From the NCBI RefSeq assembly GCF_963921235.1, contig NC_086108.1, positions 86,616,001 to 86,680,000 on the forward strand: a DNA stretch of 64,000 nt. The letters run 5' to 3'. A program made the translations under genes and the position numbers. Source of the DNA: Mobula hypostoma (taxonomy: Eukaryota). The notes beneath the pieces are model-generated. The model saw only the letters and a program-made list of their open reading frames with translations, searched no databases and was not told where the DNA came from. The stretch's first letter is position 1; every line of letters begins with the position of its first letter. Positions 62,530-64,000 of the stretch are shown one piece after another.

Positions 62530-62628
62530 GTGAGGTCTAAACCACTGCCCCCTTGTTAAGACAAATTTGTCAGGAGCCTCTAACACCTGTACGCACACAA
62601 ACTTTAACCTAGTCCGGCAGACCAATTG

Positions 62629-63418
62629 AATCAAGAAAGGAGGCTACGTGCAGGATGGGGTGAGAGGCTTAAAGAGGAGTGCTCGTAAGCTTTTGGCTTT
62701 TTCCAGCAGCTCAATCAAAACGAAAGAAGAGGCTACACACAGGTCGAGGTGAGAGGTTTAAAAAGGAACATTTGTGGGCTTTCAGCTTTTTCCTGTAGCC
62801 CAAATAGTCATAGTCATACTTTTTTGATCCCAAGGCAAATTGGTTTTCATTACAGTTGCACCATAAATAATTAAATACTAATAAAACCATAAATAATTAA
62901 ATAGTAATATGTAAGTTATGCCAGGAAATAAGTCCAGGACCAGCCTATTGGCTCAGGGTGTCTGACCCTCCAAGGGAGGAGTTGTAAAGTTTGATGGCCA
63001 CAGGCAGGAATGACTTCCTATGACGCTCTGTGTTGCATCTCGGTGGAATGAGTCTCTGGCTGAATGTACTCCTGTGCCCACCCAGTACATTATGTAGTGG
63101 ATGGGAGACATTGTCCAAGATGGCATGCATGATTTGTTATGAGCCATGATTCATTAGCAAGGGCAGATAAAAATAAGGTAGGGACTGGCAGAGCAGCCAT
63201 TGTTGGAGAACCTATTGTATGAGTGGATCAGTATTAGAGTGAGGAGGCGTTGGCTAAACAGACTTTAGTGAGAAGAGACTTGGGCAAGGTAAGTTTCTGG
63301 TAAGATTCTCCTTCTGCATTCCTCGTCAGTTAGTATGGTGGGAATAGCTCCAGGGGTTGTATTGCATTCTTTGTGTGAGACATGGAAATTCTGGGAGATC
63401 TCCAGCCTTCCAGATATG
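62629..63418 (+). mobile_element. Probable CR1 5' end (UTR and ORF1 start), interrupted by two insertions
   Basis: Two ~85-bp monomers, GAGCAGCCATTGTTGGAG, AAG|GTAAGT, then decayed APGVVLHSLCE..EI.EISSLPD resembling the CR1 ORF1 N-terminal zinc-finger start. Confidence 0.5.
62806..63128 (-). mobile_element. Young Rex1/Babar-like LINE 3' fragment
   Basis: ORF 62945-63130 HAILDNVSHPLH..RLIPPRCNTERHRKSFLPVAIKLYNSS; (AGTCAT)n tail. Confidence 0.85.
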
Positions 63419-64000
63419 CAATGTTTCCTCTAATTTGTAATGACCAGTATGCACAAAAATCTTGTACTGTGCAATTTTTTGCCCAATGACAACAACATAC
63501 GTGCACAGAATTTTATATATAGAGGTATTCATTTTTAATAGCTAGCAAAAATACTGTCAATAAGAACTTGATCTCCTCTGGGTTTGATTGTTTTCATTCT
63601 CATTTGTCTGCACTCTCACAAAACATATGAAACAGGCCTGTTGTGGGTAATGAAGGATTTTCTCAATGGAGCTTTTGCATATCATCCATATATGATTTGC
63701 TTGCTAAATGCTTTAAAAAGTCAAGTTTCCAAATATCACTCCACTTCTTCCCACTTGAAAATTCTCCAGCAACTTTTGCATTGCAACAATACATGAAGGT
63801 AACACCAGTTTCTGTATTGTACATAAATATTTTTCATAACTGCACGTTCCTGACCTCATGAGCTTTCGGTGTAGCAGTTTCTATTGTTTCATCAAGCCAT
63901 TCTGCTTTAAATGAACTAGCAGTTCTTTTACGCTTCACACCCTTCGCTTCTTTGAATTTCAAAATAGTCAATCAATAATTTCTTCAATAAAAAAGTATAG
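63419..64000 (-). mobile_element. hAT-like transposon remnant (ZNF862-like N-terminal zinc finger), runs off the window
   Basis: Terminus CAATGTTTCCTCTAATTT; minus frame KRKRTASSFKAEWLDE..GVTFMYCCNAKVAGEFSSGKKWSDIWKLDFLKHLASKSY with stops. Confidence 0.65.

Overview
Eukaryotic, repeat-dominated DNA with no recognisable host protein-coding gene; the window is intergenic or deep intronic. The repeat mix (many CR1 LINEs, Rex1/Babar-like LINEs, Penelope-like elements, Tx1-like fragments, V-type/Deu-type/RTE-related SINEs, hAT and Tc1 DNA transposons) points to a cartilaginous fish, probably a ray; this is an inference from repeat style only. Most long ORFs are LINE remnants or their antisense shadows. 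Best-supported elements: a near-intact CR1 (- strand, 56186-59973; SGNH-esterase ORF1, EN-RT ORF2 broken only by two stop codons); an inverted sister copy (44504-47621); a Penelope RT/GIY-YIG ORF (50717-51808) replacing part of a CR1; three hAT elements; a Tc1 derivative carrying nested insertions; and a solo LTR inside a SINE. Less obvious signals: Penelope terminal fragments with minimal hammerhead-ribozyme motifs, a hairpin whose arms show asymmetric CpG decay, a Myb/SANT fossil readable only after excising a hAT, a C2H2 zinc-finger relic in a repeat-like context, and bipartite 5'+3' LINE deletion derivatives. I found no clearly new biological system. Family names come from motif recognition, not database searches, and boundaries of degraded repeats are approximate.
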